In this document: piece after piece, positions 19,419 to 29,083 of the stretch
Layout: the number at the start of each line of letters is the position of its first letter
Numbering within the stretch: the stretch's first letter is position 1
Sequence record: OZ196212.1
Reading direction: 5' to 3' (one strand)
Length of the DNA stretch: 64,000 nt
Notes under the pieces: generated by a model
What the model saw: only the letters and a program-made list of their open reading frames with translations
The model's database searches: none
What the model was told of the DNA's origin: nothing
Translations under genes and position numbers: made by a program

Positions 19419-20579
19419 ATGAAACAACTGACTACTACAAAATTATATGCTGCTCTAGTAGCACTTTCTGCGGGTGATGCGGAAGGCAAGTTCTTTTACA
19501 ATGACTTCGTGACACCGCTTGGTGAGCACATGCGTGTATTCAGCTACCACATTGCATCGTACAGCGATTGGCTATTAGATGGTGCTATCGAATCACGCGG
19601 TATCGTGTTTCAACACGATGGTGCAGGTAACATGATTCGTATCGTATCTCGTCCGATGGAGAAGTTCTTCAACTTGTTCGAGAACCCGTTTACGATGGGA
19701 CTTGACTTGACCACGACTGAATCTTTGTTCGATAAAGCCGATGGTTCACTGATCAGCACGTACTTGACTGGTGAAAACTTCGCGTTCCACTCGAAAACGT
19801 CCACCCTCCCCTCTCTCTCCCTCTCTTCTCCTCTCTCTCTCAAGCAACCAGAGAACCGCGATCTGTGGGAATTCTGTGATGATTTATCTCAAGCAGGTTA
19901 CACAGTGAACATGGAATGGGTTGCACCGAACAACCGAATCGTACTTGAGTACCCAGAAGCACGCTTGATCATCTTGAACATTCGTGACAATGAAACTGGT
20001 GAGTACATGGCATTTGCTGACATCCCCGTTGTTGCGTTTCAGCGCATTGCACGATGGGTTGTTGACGAATATGACCCTGCTCAAGCACATGCACCAGACT
20101 TTGTTGAGAAGTTGAAAGCTCAGAAAGGCATCGAAGGCATGATCGGTCGTCTTACGTCTGGTCAGTCATACAAAATCAAAACTCAATGGTACGTTGATCT
20201 GCACTCGCAGAAAGACTCAGTGAATGTTCCGAAGAAGTTGGTAACGACTATCTTGAACAACAACCATGATGATCTGTATGCATTGTTCGCAGATGACAAG
20301 CCGACTATCGAGCGTATTCGCGAGTTCGAATCGCATGTTGTACAGCTTGTGCGTTCATCATGGGACTCTGTTCGTGAGTTTTACGTCGCGAATCGTGGTG
20401 CTGAACGTAAAGACTTTGCTATCGCGGGTCAGAAAGCACTTAAACCGTGGGAATTTGGTGTGGCTATGAAAGCATATCAGAATCAAACGATGGAAGGCGT
20501 ACACGAAATGCTAATCGATGTTTACTTGCGTAAGCCAGAGTTAGCAGTACCAGAGAAATACTTGAACGAGGGTAAGTAA
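19419..20579 (+). CDS. rnlA: RNA ligase 1
   Basis: KADGSLI, EWVAPNNRIVLEY, EGMI, KIKTQWY. Confidence 0.95.
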   Translation: MKQLTTTKLYAALVALSAGDAEGKFFYNDFVTPLGEHMRVFSYHIASYSDWLLDGAIESRGIVFQHDGAGNMIRIVSRPMEKFFNLFENPFTMGLDLTTTESLFDKADGSLISTYLTGENFAFHSKTSTLPSLSLSSPLSLKQPENRDLWEFCDDLSQAGYTVNMEWVAPNNRIVLEYPEARLIILNIRDNETGEYMAFADIPVVAFQRIARWVVDEYDPAQAHAPDFVEKLKAQKGIEGMIGRLTSGQSYKIKTQWYVDLHSQKDSVNVPKKLVTTILNNNHDDLYALFADDKPTIERIREFESHVVQLVRSSWDSVREFYVANRGAERKDFAIAGQKALKPWEFGVAMKAYQNQTMEGVHEMLIDVYLRKPELAVPEKYLNEGK

Positions 20580-20839
20580 TGCAACACTTTGTTTTTCAAA
20601 ACGGTAAGCCTGTGCAAACAGGCGACCCGAACGAATTCATGAGTAAAATGCCTGCATTCTTAAAAGAATTGCAGAAGCGGTTAGACGCAGACCCACGCGG
20701 TGGTAAAATCATCTACGCGGGTCCGGCTAAAGCTGATAACTTGACTGGTATCGACGTTGAGATTGAAGACAAGAACGGGAAAGTGTCTAAGTTCTTCATC
20801 AATCCGTATCAGCAATCGTTTTACACTGTGTTCGGGTAG
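20579..20839 (+). CDS. hypothetical protein
   Basis: coupled ORF. Confidence 0.75.
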   Translation: MQHFVFQNGKPVQTGDPNEFMSKMPAFLKELQKRLDADPRGGKIIYAGPAKADNLTGIDVEIEDKNGKVSKFFINPYQQSFYTVFG

Positions 20840-20840
20840 C

Positions 20841-20848
20841 AATAAATA
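20841..20848 (+). promoter_or_regulatory. late promoter variant AATAAATA
   Basis: directly upstream of the spanin pair. Confidence 0.7.
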
Positions 20849-20878
20849 CTCCTGTATTATTTGATATGGGAGTAAAAC

Positions 20879-21262
20879 ATGTTTGCAAAATACAAAATCT
20901 ACATTGGCTTTGCTGCTATACTCGTCGCAGTATTGACCATCGGGTATCTAAAACTCGAAAACTCAAGTCTTGAGAAGAGCATTGCGGAGCAAACTGCCAC
21001 GATAGAACGACTAACTGACGATAAAACTCGCTTAGAGCACGTCATTTCTGATAAGGATGACACTATTGATCAGTGGCAATCTGTCTATCTTGAACAGTCT
21101 GTTTACCGCAAAGCACTTCAGACGGAGCTTGATGAAAAGACTGGCGAACTGAGACGATATCGTGATCGTCAAGATGTCGTGTTTCAAAAGCCAGGTTTAG
21201 TTCAGATCAAAGAGCAAAAAGCTCTTGATAAGTTTTTCAACGAGGTGCGCAGTGAAAAGTAG
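20879..21262 (+). CDS. inner-membrane spanin (PseT.3/Rz-like)
   Basis: N-terminal TM plus coiled coil; synteny. Confidence 0.8.
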   Translation: MFAKYKIYIGFAAILVAVLTIGYLKLENSSLEKSIAEQTATIERLTDDKTRLEHVISDKDDTIDQWQSVYLEQSVYRKALQTELDEKTGELRRYRDRQDVVFQKPGLVQIKEQKALDKFFNEVRSEK

Positions 21263-21587
21263 ACTACTAATAATCATCATTGCGGTCATGGCGCTAGTTG
21301 GATGTGGCTCGACACCCGACCCCGTGATAGTTTACGAAACCAATGAAATCGTGCATCCCTCAATGCCATCCCCTCCGCCAAATCCCGGTGTTAGAATTCT
21401 CGTTTTGACTACTGAGACTATCGAAGACAAGCAAGCATATATCGGCTTTACGTATAACGAATGGTTGAAATTTGCCGAATGGATGCACACGTACAAGACT
21501 TACAACAAAGATTTACGTCATGTGATTGAGTTGTATAAAGGTCAAGACCAATCTCTACAGGAAGAAGAGGTGAAAGAAAGTGATTGA
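21252..21587 (+). CDS. outer-membrane spanin lipoprotein (PseT.2/Rz1-like)
   Basis: GTG start behind GAGGTG; lipobox LVGC; Pro-rich. Confidence 0.8.
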   Translation: MKSRLLIIIIAVMALVGCGSTPDPVIVYETNEIVHPSMPSPPPNPGVRILVLTTETIEDKQAYIGFTYNEWLKFAEWMHTYKTYNKDLRHVIELYKGQDQSLQEEEVKESD

Positions 21588-21717
21588 GTTGTTTTATGTC
21601 ATAATGTTGATTGTGGCAATACTCGGATTATTCGCTTTCGGGTATATGATCGAAGCATGTATTCAACGTGCGGCTGATTCGTATAATCGAGTGCTACAAG
21701 AGTTAAATAAAAAATAA
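21580..21717 (+). CDS. small single-pass membrane protein (45 aa)
   Basis: hand-translated MIELFYVIMLIVAILGLFAFGYMIEA... Confidence 0.6.
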   Translation: MIELFYVIMLIVAILGLFAFGYMIEACIQRAADSYNRVLQELNKK

Positions 21718-21721
21718 TCAT

Positions 21722-21776
21722 AAAAGGGTTGCTTCGGCAGCCCTTTTTGCGTATTATAGCTCTATCGAAACGAAAG
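21722..21776 (+). promoter_or_regulatory. combined terminator / early promoter
   Basis: gggttgc-TTCG-gcagccc-T5; TTGCTT-17-TATTAT; ATCGAAACGAAAG. Confidence 0.85.
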
Positions 21777-21786
21777 AGAGAACATT

Positions 21787-22095
21787 ATGATTGAATTTAA
21801 GCGCGTTAACATGGGTTCTAATCAATATCCACTTTACGTATACGATTCAATTGATGAGTGTGCGTCTGAAGACGTGTTAGACGCTCTGACTGATACAAAC
21901 TTCAAAGACCGTCTAACTGGCAAACGTTTTCATAAGTTTCGTGTTGCAAAAACACACATTGAATCTGGTTGGTGCATTCGAGTAAGTGATCCCGAGAACT
22001 TCTGCAAATTCATCATCACTGATACTGGCTTCAAAACCAAGAAAGCAGCTATTTCATACATCAATCTATGGTACGTAAACGTGAGAGAAGCATAA
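21787..22095 (+). CDS. hypothetical protein
   Basis: ORF after early promoter. Confidence 0.75.
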   Translation: MIEFKRVNMGSNQYPLYVYDSIDECASEDVLDALTDTNFKDRLTGKRFHKFRVAKTHIESGWCIRVSDPENFCKFIITDTGFKTKKAAISYINLWYVNVREA

Positions 22096-22520
22096 TGAAC
22101 GAACTAAAACAACTAACCCAAGAAGCACGCATTCAATTTGACCAATACGGTATGATTCATACCGAGCTTACAAGCGATTTGATTGACGCAATCGAGAACG
22201 TATGCGCTACAGCACCGATTATTCGCTCTGTACGTCAAACTATCGAGTCTTTCGGTGCTGTAACAGCAACTGTGGTGCGTGAAGTGATTGAACTCTCTGA
22301 AGAGATTACAAGCGACTCTAGAAGCGTGCGCTATTTCGAGTCTGAGCGTATTGCGATGGCGTATGCTGAGATCGTTGAAGGGCTTACGCCAGTCGTGACC
22401 GTAGCTGAAGTTGTTCAAAGCGAAGAAAACGATAAGTTTTTTATTCGTTTAAATGTTTATGGTACTATCTCTGATGTGCTAAAATCTTCTGACTTAATGA
22501 AAACCGTAGAGGTAATATAA
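22095..22520 (+). CDS. hypothetical protein
   Basis: start ATG 22095 coupled to upstream stop. Confidence 0.75.
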   Translation: MNELKQLTQEARIQFDQYGMIHTELTSDLIDAIENVCATAPIIRSVRQTIESFGAVTATVVREVIELSEEITSDSRSVRYFESERIAMAYAEIVEGLTPVVTVAEVVQSEENDKFFIRLNVYGTISDVLKSSDLMKTVEVI

Positions 22521-23422
22521 TGAAAGTGATTGTAACAGTTGGTGTACCTGCTTCGGGTAAAACAACATGGGCAGAACAGTTCTGTGCAAAAACTGGCGCA
22601 GTGAACGTGAACCGTGATGACGCTCGTCAAGAGCTATTCGGTCCCTTCAAATGGGGTGAATACACGTTCAAAAAAGCTCAAGAAGAGCTTGTGACTAAAG
22701 TCAACAAAGACAAAGCATTGCTTGCACTGAGCAAAGGCAAGAGCGTCGTGATCTCTGATACGAACTTGAACCCTGAGTATCGTCAAGTGTGGAAGTCTAT
22801 CGCTGACCAATTTGATGCTGAATATGAAGAAAAGCTTTTTCATATCAACTTCGACGAAGCACATAAGCGCGATGAAGCACGTGAAATGACAGTTGGCAAG
22901 AAAATTCTAACTAACATGCTTCAAAACTACCATCGCATGAACCGCGACTTAATCATTGCACACTTCAAAGAGTTGCTTGAGAAGCAGTGGGCTATGTGTG
23001 ATCAGCTTGTTGTATTGAGCGACATCGATGGTACAGTGGCAGAAATGCATAAAGGCGTTAAAGGCAAGCGTTCACCATTTGAGTGGAAGCGTGTTGGTGA
23101 AGATACACCACGTAAAAACGTGCTGTACGCACTAGACGCATTAGCAAAAGACTACGCTGTGTGGTTCATGAGCGGTCGTGACGGTTCATGTGAGCCAGAG
23201 ACAGAAGCATGGTTACTTGAACATGCACCGTTCTACACGGGTCTTGTGATGCGTGCTCCAAGCGATTCACGCCCAGACTGGGTAATCAAACTAGAATTGA
23301 TGTACAATCTAGCACTACACGGTATCAAGCCGCTTGTTATGTTCGATGACCGTGATCAAGTAGTAAACACTTTGCGCGAAGTTGGCGTTGAAGTATGGCA
23401 AGTTCAACCAGGTAATTTTTAG
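22520..23422 (+). CDS. pseT: polynucleotide 5'-kinase / 3'-phosphatase
   Basis: GVPASGKT, RDD, SDTN, DIDGT, SGRD, FDDR. Confidence 0.97.
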   Translation: MKVIVTVGVPASGKTTWAEQFCAKTGAVNVNRDDARQELFGPFKWGEYTFKKAQEELVTKVNKDKALLALSKGKSVVISDTNLNPEYRQVWKSIADQFDAEYEEKLFHINFDEAHKRDEAREMTVGKKILTNMLQNYHRMNRDLIIAHFKELLEKQWAMCDQLVVLSDIDGTVAEMHKGVKGKRSPFEWKRVGEDTPRKNVLYALDALAKDYAVWFMSGRDGSCEPETEAWLLEHAPFYTGLVMRAPSDSRPDWVIKLELMYNLALHGIKPLVMFDDRDQVVNTLREVGVEVWQVQPGNF

Positions 23423-23431
23423 AGGTAAAAC

Positions 23432-23809
23432 ATGGAATTAGCGTTAATTGTAACATTCATCGTTGTGTGTGCTGTAATCGTGATGGTCGCAAAGCGCCCG
23501 ACGAAATCTAAACTATCAGCGGGTCGACCAGCGCCTGATTTACGCTCACTGAAACATCGTGAGCAAGCAGAATCGATTCGAATGATGTCGAATGCGCCGC
23601 ATCGACCAAGCAATCGCCAATCACTAGGTCGTCAGTCGCGACGTGACAACACAGATGACGCGCTATCTGCTGCGATCTTTGTTGATTCGATGACTCGCTC
23701 AGAGCCAACGCGTACTGAAACGTCGTTCCCGTCTAGCACTGGCTCGTACAGCTACAGTGGTGATTCTGGCTCTAGCTCAAGTGACTCTAGCTCAGGTGGT
23801 GATGACTAA
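23432..23809 (+). CDS. membrane-anchored protein with Ser/Gly tail
   Basis: N-terminal TM; low-complexity C-terminus. Confidence 0.75.
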   Translation: MELALIVTFIVVCAVIVMVAKRPTKSKLSAGRPAPDLRSLKHREQAESIRMMSNAPHRPSNRQSLGRQSRRDNTDDALSAAIFVDSMTRSEPTRTETSFPSSTGSYSYSGDSGSSSSDSSSGGDD

Positions 23810-24303
23810 TGATTGTATCTGAACTTCGTGGTGACTTAGTTGCCACGTTAAAGAAAGCGATTGACACAGATGTTAGTCGCCCGTTTTTCATGGCTCAGGG
23901 CTGTAACTGCTTTGTGACGCAAGGTAGCGGCATCGCGGGTCAACTGCGCTCTGTTCCTGCTGTGTATCAAGCTGACGTTGACTACGGTCGCGAGGGTGAC
24001 ATCACGAAGCTCGGTGAAATGTCTGTTGCAGTATGGGAAGATCGTGCTGCTGTATTCAACTTGTATACTCAGTACCACTATGGGGCGGGTGTTCGTCAAG
24101 TCGATTACTGTGCAGTGAAAGAATCTGTGCGTGAAATGTGTCGTTATCTTGAAGGCGTGAACGCACCTGTATTCGTTCCGTTGATTGGTGCAGGTCTTGC
24201 AGGCGGTGAATGGGATTTGATTCGCGCTTGTATTGACAAAGCAAGCGGCAAGACGCGTATTATCGTTGTTCACTTTGAACAAGACAAAATCCTAGACTGG
24301 TGA
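23809..24303 (+). CDS. macrodomain protein (T4 Tk.4-like)
   Basis: AQGCNCF..GSGIAG, NLYTQ, PLIGAGLAGG. Confidence 0.9.
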   Translation: MIVSELRGDLVATLKKAIDTDVSRPFFMAQGCNCFVTQGSGIAGQLRSVPAVYQADVDYGREGDITKLGEMSVAVWEDRAAVFNLYTQYHYGAGVRQVDYCAVKESVREMCRYLEGVNAPVFVPLIGAGLAGGEWDLIRACIDKASGKTRIIVVHFEQDKILDW

Positions 24304-24307
24304 TAAA

Positions 24308-24457
24308 ATGGAAGCGTACGTTGTATTAGGTATCTGCGTCGTTATTGCGATTGTTGCTGCTAATTCTCTCATGAAAATGATTGACAGACACGAGCAAATG
24401 CGTGTTAAGATGATGCATAAAGCAATTCAAGCACGAGCGAGGAAGAGACTGCCATGA
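24308..24457 (+). CDS. small membrane protein (49 aa)
   Basis: hand-translated MEAYVVLGICVVIAIVAANS... Confidence 0.6.
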   Translation: MEAYVVLGICVVIAIVAANSLMKMIDRHEQMRVKMMHKAIQARARKRLP

Positions 24458-24678
24458 GCTTTGAAACCAACAAGAAATTAGCTGAAGCGTTTGACGCTTG
24501 GCGTGTGGTGCCGAGATTATTGGTTGCAATGTACTGCTACTTGCTGTATTTTACTGCTATGTGGTTCATGGGTCTACCAGATCCAAGTGGCACGCAATCT
24601 GCATTTGTATCGACGATTGTCGGTGCAGGTGCTGCAATTTTCGGCTTATATACTAAGTCTGGTAAGAATCAAGAATAG
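24454..24678 (+). CDS. two-TM membrane protein, possibly holin-like
   Basis: WRVVPRLL..WFM..Q..VGAGAAIFGLY. Confidence 0.6.
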   Translation: MSFETNKKLAEAFDAWRVVPRLLVAMYCYLLYFTAMWFMGLPDPSGTQSAFVSTIVGAGAAIFGLYTKSGKNQE

Positions 24679-24687
24679 GAACATAGC

Positions 24688-25068
24688 ATGATTAACAACG
24701 AAATTTTAAAGCCAGTTTTCGAAACAATCGATATTACTGACCCGAACAACGTAATCTCAATTGAGGTTATGAACGACGAGATTAGCAGCGACGACTTCGA
24801 CAACTTCATCGAATACTGCGTTGAAGCTGAAATCAACGAACGCAAAACACAGTTCGCGGGCTACTTTAGCGGTGATTTTCTAGTTCTAGGTATTGCAGAA
24901 GAGCGTTTTAGCTTCTTTCAAACACTAGACACCGAAACTCTATTGAACGAAGACGCAGCAAATAACGCGTTTGACGCGCACATCGAAGCATTTGTTCAAT
25001 GGTACACTGAGAAAGTGTCTGAGTTCTTTGTAATTAAAGACGTTGAGTTGAATGTCGAAACTGTCTAA
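24688..25068 (+). CDS. acidic hypothetical protein
   Basis: ORF with RBS. Confidence 0.75.
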   Translation: MINNEILKPVFETIDITDPNNVISIEVMNDEISSDDFDNFIEYCVEAEINERKTQFAGYFSGDFLVLGIAEERFSFFQTLDTETLLNEDAANNAFDAHIEAFVQWYTEKVSEFFVIKDVELNVETV

Positions 25069-25071
25069 ATA
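25064..25071 (+). promoter_or_regulatory. late promoter variant TCTAAATA
   Basis: 31 bp before ATG 25103. Confidence 0.6.
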
Positions 25072-25102
25072 ACAGAATGACACACAACAAAATGGTAAAC
25101 TA

Positions 25103-26791
25103 ATGAAACTTAAACTTTTTGAGAATTTTTATCAAGAAGTGCGACTTGATGAGATTAGCGACCGCGCTAACATCGACATCGATTGGGATTTCGGTGACGA
25201 GAACGGTAGCACCGATTCGACTGCAAACTTCACCGCGGGTGGCGAGAAATTCGACGTTAGTGTTGATGAGAGCAATCCCGGGTACTTCACCGTAACGTTC
25301 CAAAACTCTGGCGGTTATTCGCAAACTGGTAAGCAAGGGCATGGCGCTGCTGCTGTTTTCTCTGGCGTATTGACGTGTTTACGTGAATTCACCGAGCATT
25401 ACGAATCAGTAATGGACAAGAAGCCGTATAGCTTTGACTTCTCTGCCGCGTATGAGCTACCACAGAATCACCCACAAGCACGTCTTGCAGGTCGTCGCCA
25501 AGAAGCGTTTGAACTTCCGCTTGATGAGAAGAAAAAGCTATTGAAAGACTTGATCAGTCGCCCGATGCTTTACTACTCTCTATCGCTGACGTTTGGTAAA
25601 GAACAAGGTTATTCTACGCATATGCATGACCGACTGTTGACTCATTTGGCAGGTAACGCCAACGATTTCCGTTCAGTTCGTAAGAACGTGACGCGCAATA
25701 TCGTAGCAATGGACGACGCTCAAGTTGACAAAGCACTGCGCGAAGCAAGTGGCTCAGTGTCGTTCACTCTAACGAATGATCATGAACGACCAAGCGACTA
25801 TGACTCACCATTTGGTCAAGCGTCACTTGAAGACCACATTGATGACGCGAGTCAATATGAAGTCGAAGAGTGGATTAACGAGGGTCGTGAAGACGAAATC
25901 ATTGAGCACGCAGACTGGCAGACGCTTGTTCGTATCGCTACGTGGGGTTTGATGCACGATGAGCTGATTTACCACGATGATTCAGACGTTCGTTGGGCTG
26001 TGGTTAAAGCAGATTACGAGTACGGTGATAAACTAGCCGAATCACCAGAATGGGAGCATCGTAAAGAAGCTGCTGAAAATGGCTTTATGATCTATCAACT
26101 TGTAGTCGATGACGACGAAGATGTTCGTGAAGCTGCATGGGATTGGGCGTTTGAAAGCGAAGACTCTGATCAACGCATTGAATATGCGAAGAACGTTGAC
26201 TCTACGCTTGGTCGCTCACATCTTGAAGACGTAATGGATCGCATGATTGACGACTCAGACGACTACGAAGACCATGTTTTTGTAGCTGAACACGGTTGGC
26301 GACTTGAAGAACTGGTCGACAACGGTGACGAAGATGTTCGTGAAGCTGCGATGAACTGGTACTTCAACAACGAAGATTCAACCGATGCGGTAAGCAACAT
26401 CATGAGTCACAGCGACGTGTTCGGTGACGAGAACTTGTCATACATCATGAACGGTAACTTCGGCCCATACGCTGAAGAAAAGGCGATTGAAATGGCGAAA
26501 GAAGCTGACTTAGATGTTTCTGAGTGGGTGACTGAAGCAACAATCACTGATTACACGCTGCATGATGAAGTAGACGAAGCAACTTCCGTAGATGTTGAGG
26601 TAATCGACTCTGATGGCAGTGAGTTTGAAGTCACAGTGACATACGAAGCTGACACGACGTACACAGTGAACGACACCACTCGCGGTAAAGTCGAGACATT
26701 CGACGAGTTCAGCGGTGTGTTTGAGTTCTTCAAAGACGAATATGGCATTGAGCTAGACGACCACAGTGAAGTCTACGATCATTTGACATAA
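25103..26791 (+). CDS. acidic protein with HEAT-like repeats and internal-protein-like leader
   Basis: MKLKLFENFYQEVRLDE leader; DEDVREAA twice. Confidence 0.8.
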   Translation: MKLKLFENFYQEVRLDEISDRANIDIDWDFGDENGSTDSTANFTAGGEKFDVSVDESNPGYFTVTFQNSGGYSQTGKQGHGAAAVFSGVLTCLREFTEHYESVMDKKPYSFDFSAAYELPQNHPQARLAGRRQEAFELPLDEKKKLLKDLISRPMLYYSLSLTFGKEQGYSTHMHDRLLTHLAGNANDFRSVRKNVTRNIVAMDDAQVDKALREASGSVSFTLTNDHERPSDYDSPFGQASLEDHIDDASQYEVEEWINEGREDEIIEHADWQTLVRIATWGLMHDELIYHDDSDVRWAVVKADYEYGDKLAESPEWEHRKEAAENGFMIYQLVVDDDEDVREAAWDWAFESEDSDQRIEYAKNVDSTLGRSHLEDVMDRMIDDSDDYEDHVFVAEHGWRLEELVDNGDEDVREAAMNWYFNNEDSTDAVSNIMSHSDVFGDENLSYIMNGNFGPYAEEKAIEMAKEADLDVSEWVTEATITDYTLHDEVDEATSVDVEVIDSDGSEFEVTVTYEADTTYTVNDTTRGKVETFDEFSGVFEFFKDEYGIELDDHSEVYDHLT

Positions 26792-26794
26792 AGA

Positions 26795-26830
26795 AAAGGG
26801 TTGACTTCGGTCAGCCCTTTCGTGTATTCT
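26795..26830 (+). promoter_or_regulatory. combined terminator / promoter
   Basis: gggttgac-TTCG-gtcagccc; TTGACT-18-TATTCT. Confidence 0.75.
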
Positions 26831-26859
26831 ACGTATAGAAATTCAAAAGAGCGAAAATT

Positions 26860-27120
26860 ATGATTACTGATTTGACTGAAATCTTCATCAACATGAATGA
26901 TGAAAACTACGATGCAGATACAACACTTGACATCGTGAAAAAAGCAATCGACCGCGACGACGTTGACGGTGTGATGTTAGCATTCACTCAAGGTGTATCT
27001 GTGTTTATTGAAGAAATCACCAACCCCGAACTTGATCTAGCGCAATACGAAGAATTCGTTGTGTCTAATCTTGAGAAAGTGCTTGGCGATAAAATGGGCG
27101 AGATTGAATTCATTTTCTAA
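26860..27120 (+). CDS. acidic hypothetical protein
   Basis: ORF with RBS. Confidence 0.75.
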   Translation: MITDLTEIFINMNDENYDADTTLDIVKKAIDRDDVDGVMLAFTQGVSVFIEEITNPELDLAQYEEFVVSNLEKVLGDKMGEIEFIF

Positions 27121-27128
27121 GGTAAATT

Positions 27129-27782
27129 ATGCTACTTGAAAACTACATTAAACGAGCAATGCAAGAGTATTGCTCCATTTTCCCGACTCGCTTCTCAGTG
27201 CTCGACCATCTATTTGCTGTCAACGGCAATGGTATTCGTTTAGACGAAGATGGTTTTATGGCTGAACGCGATGACACGCTACTTGCTGACGACTTGATCA
27301 TAGAAGCCGTGAACGACCATCACAGTCACGCGATTGATGTGACTGAAAAGATGATCAATTCACTCGAAGAAGAACACCCTGATGGTGAGTTCAGTGTCGC
27401 AATCGAGAAGATGCGCAGACGTGTAGACGTGCGCAAAGAAAAGCGTGCAGCACAGCTAGAGCGTCTGCGTGACATTGACAGCGCGTACAAAGAAGATCCC
27501 GATTTCAGCGACATTCACGTATATGGTTGGGGTAGCGACAAGCAATTCATACCATTTTACATGATGCTTGACTCGAAGTATGACGATCTCATTGAACAGC
27601 TTGAATACTTCAGCGAATGCATCAAGAAAGCTGAGATTCCGCCAGAAGTTGACTCAGATGACTTGATGGCGAATTATCAGCACGATTCTATCGTTGGTTG
27701 GAAACAAGTCGGCGTTGAGCACCTTGATGTCGAGATTTACAAGCTGAAACAAGCAAAAATCAAAGAAAAATATCATCAATAG
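27129..27782 (+). CDS. hypothetical protein
   Basis: ORF with RBS. Confidence 0.8.
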   Translation: MLLENYIKRAMQEYCSIFPTRFSVLDHLFAVNGNGIRLDEDGFMAERDDTLLADDLIIEAVNDHHSHAIDVTEKMINSLEEEHPDGEFSVAIEKMRRRVDVRKEKRAAQLERLRDIDSAYKEDPDFSDIHVYGWGSDKQFIPFYMMLDSKYDDLIEQLEYFSECIKKAEIPPEVDSDDLMANYQHDSIVGWKQVGVEHLDVEIYKLKQAKIKEKYHQ

Positions 27783-27840
27783 TGTTTAATCTCATGTGTT
27801 CTGTGCATATAATGTACAAAACACAACGAGAGATTATATA

Positions 27841-28056
27841 ATGGCACATTACGATTGTAGACACTGTGGCGAGTTTGGTTGCTTCGGTGAGTGTAAAACT
27901 GAAGAAAACCAAGCAGCGAAACGCGCAGAAGAAGCACGCCTTGCACTTGCTAATAAATGGAAAGCTGTCTTGCAAAAAGAAGAAAAGCGTATCTCTGACT
28001 TAGAAAAAGCACGGGCATTTTTCTTACTTCATGACGAAAAAGGCAACATGAAATGA
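27841..28056 (+). CDS. hypothetical protein (CxxC..C..C, coiled coil)
   Basis: start ATG 27841; TTTAAT-17-TATAAT upstream. Confidence 0.7.
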   Translation: MAHYDCRHCGEFGCFGECKTEENQAAKRAEEARLALANKWKAVLQKEEKRISDLEKARAFFLLHDEKGNMK

Positions 28057-28430
28057 GACACAAGCATTCAGTTCATGCGATGATGAACATGATCAATTAC
28101 ATGAGTTCGCAATTTGTAACGGGTTCTACTTTTCTGGGGTTCTTGCCAGTCACGGCAGCCAACGATTCTTGGGGCACTGTTGTTCCCGGGAGTGACCATC
28201 GTTGGTGTGCCGTTCATTTTTTTGAAGAAGAGCAGTTAGAAACGCGTTCAGATGAAGAAGAAACAGAACAAAAGCGTATTGACAAAGGTCTTACGTGGTT
28301 GATGGTGTTTTATGGCGTTGATAACACATCGTACATGAAAAGATTCAAAACACGTGAACATTTGCTTGACTGGTGGTACAGTCATGATGTACTATTCAGC
28401 ACAGATGGATTACTTTACTACAATAGCTGA
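28053..28430 (+). CDS. hypothetical protein
   Basis: ATGA overlap. Confidence 0.75.
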   Translation: MRHKHSVHAMMNMINYMSSQFVTGSTFLGFLPVTAANDSWGTVVPGSDHRWCAVHFFEEEQLETRSDEEETEQKRIDKGLTWLMVFYGVDNTSYMKRFKTREHLLDWWYSHDVLFSTDGLLYYNS

Positions 28431-28439
28431 GAACATATT

Positions 28440-29048
28440 ATGAACGTGACCGAAACGCTACGAGCTTTGAACCTACTGAACAACTCTATATACACTGAAA
28501 TCGTGAATGAAGACATGAAGCCGAACATTCTTTCAGTGTACAACGAAATGAAAAAGATTACCGAATACGGTAATGAAGTGTGGTATGGTGATGCTGACGT
28601 GTACGTGAGCATTGAAGAAGCATATGAAGCGTATGGTGACAAGTACGACGTGCTTATCATTCGCAACGTAGTGTCATGCAGTGACATGCCGTATGTTATT
28701 GCTATCATCAACACTGAGACGAATTACATCCCGATTTGTAAAGTTGTTGCACCACGCGGCAAGAAAAACAACTTCACATTTGGGGATCATCGCGATTGGG
28801 ATGAGCACGGTCTTGACACGCTACGAGATCACAACTGGTCATTCGGTTATGAAGATCTGCGCGATGACGGTCTAGTGTTTGAATTGAGTTCTGTGTGGGC
28901 TGAAATCAAGAGAGATAAAGCGTACAACGGTTGGTCTCAGTACAGTTCTGGTTGTGGTTTTCATGTTGAATACTTGCTGTACGCACAGCGTGAGATTCAA
29001 TACGCATTTCAGATGATTTGTGATATGAAAGATTACACGATTGAATAG
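28440..29048 (+). CDS. hypothetical protein
   Basis: ORF. Confidence 0.75.
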   Translation: MNVTETLRALNLLNNSIYTEIVNEDMKPNILSVYNEMKKITEYGNEVWYGDADVYVSIEEAYEAYGDKYDVLIIRNVVSCSDMPYVIAIINTETNYIPICKVVAPRGKKNNFTFGDHRDWDEHGLDTLRDHNWSFGYEDLRDDGLVFELSSVWAEIKRDKAYNGWSQYSSGCGFHVEYLLYAQREIQYAFQMICDMKDYTIE

Positions 29049-29052
29049 ACCT

Positions 29053-29078
29053 AAAAAAGCCCCTTAATCGGGGCTTTT
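29053..29078. terminator. bidirectional terminator
   Basis: aaaagcccc-ttaatc-ggggctttt between convergent genes. Confidence 0.85.
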
Positions 29079-29083
29079 GTCGT

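Noticed and set aside
26860-27782. MITDLTE and MLLE starts as further capsid-targeting leaders
   Set aside because: They follow an early-type promoter and lack the aromatic-x-E-aromatic core; L-x-E alone is common.
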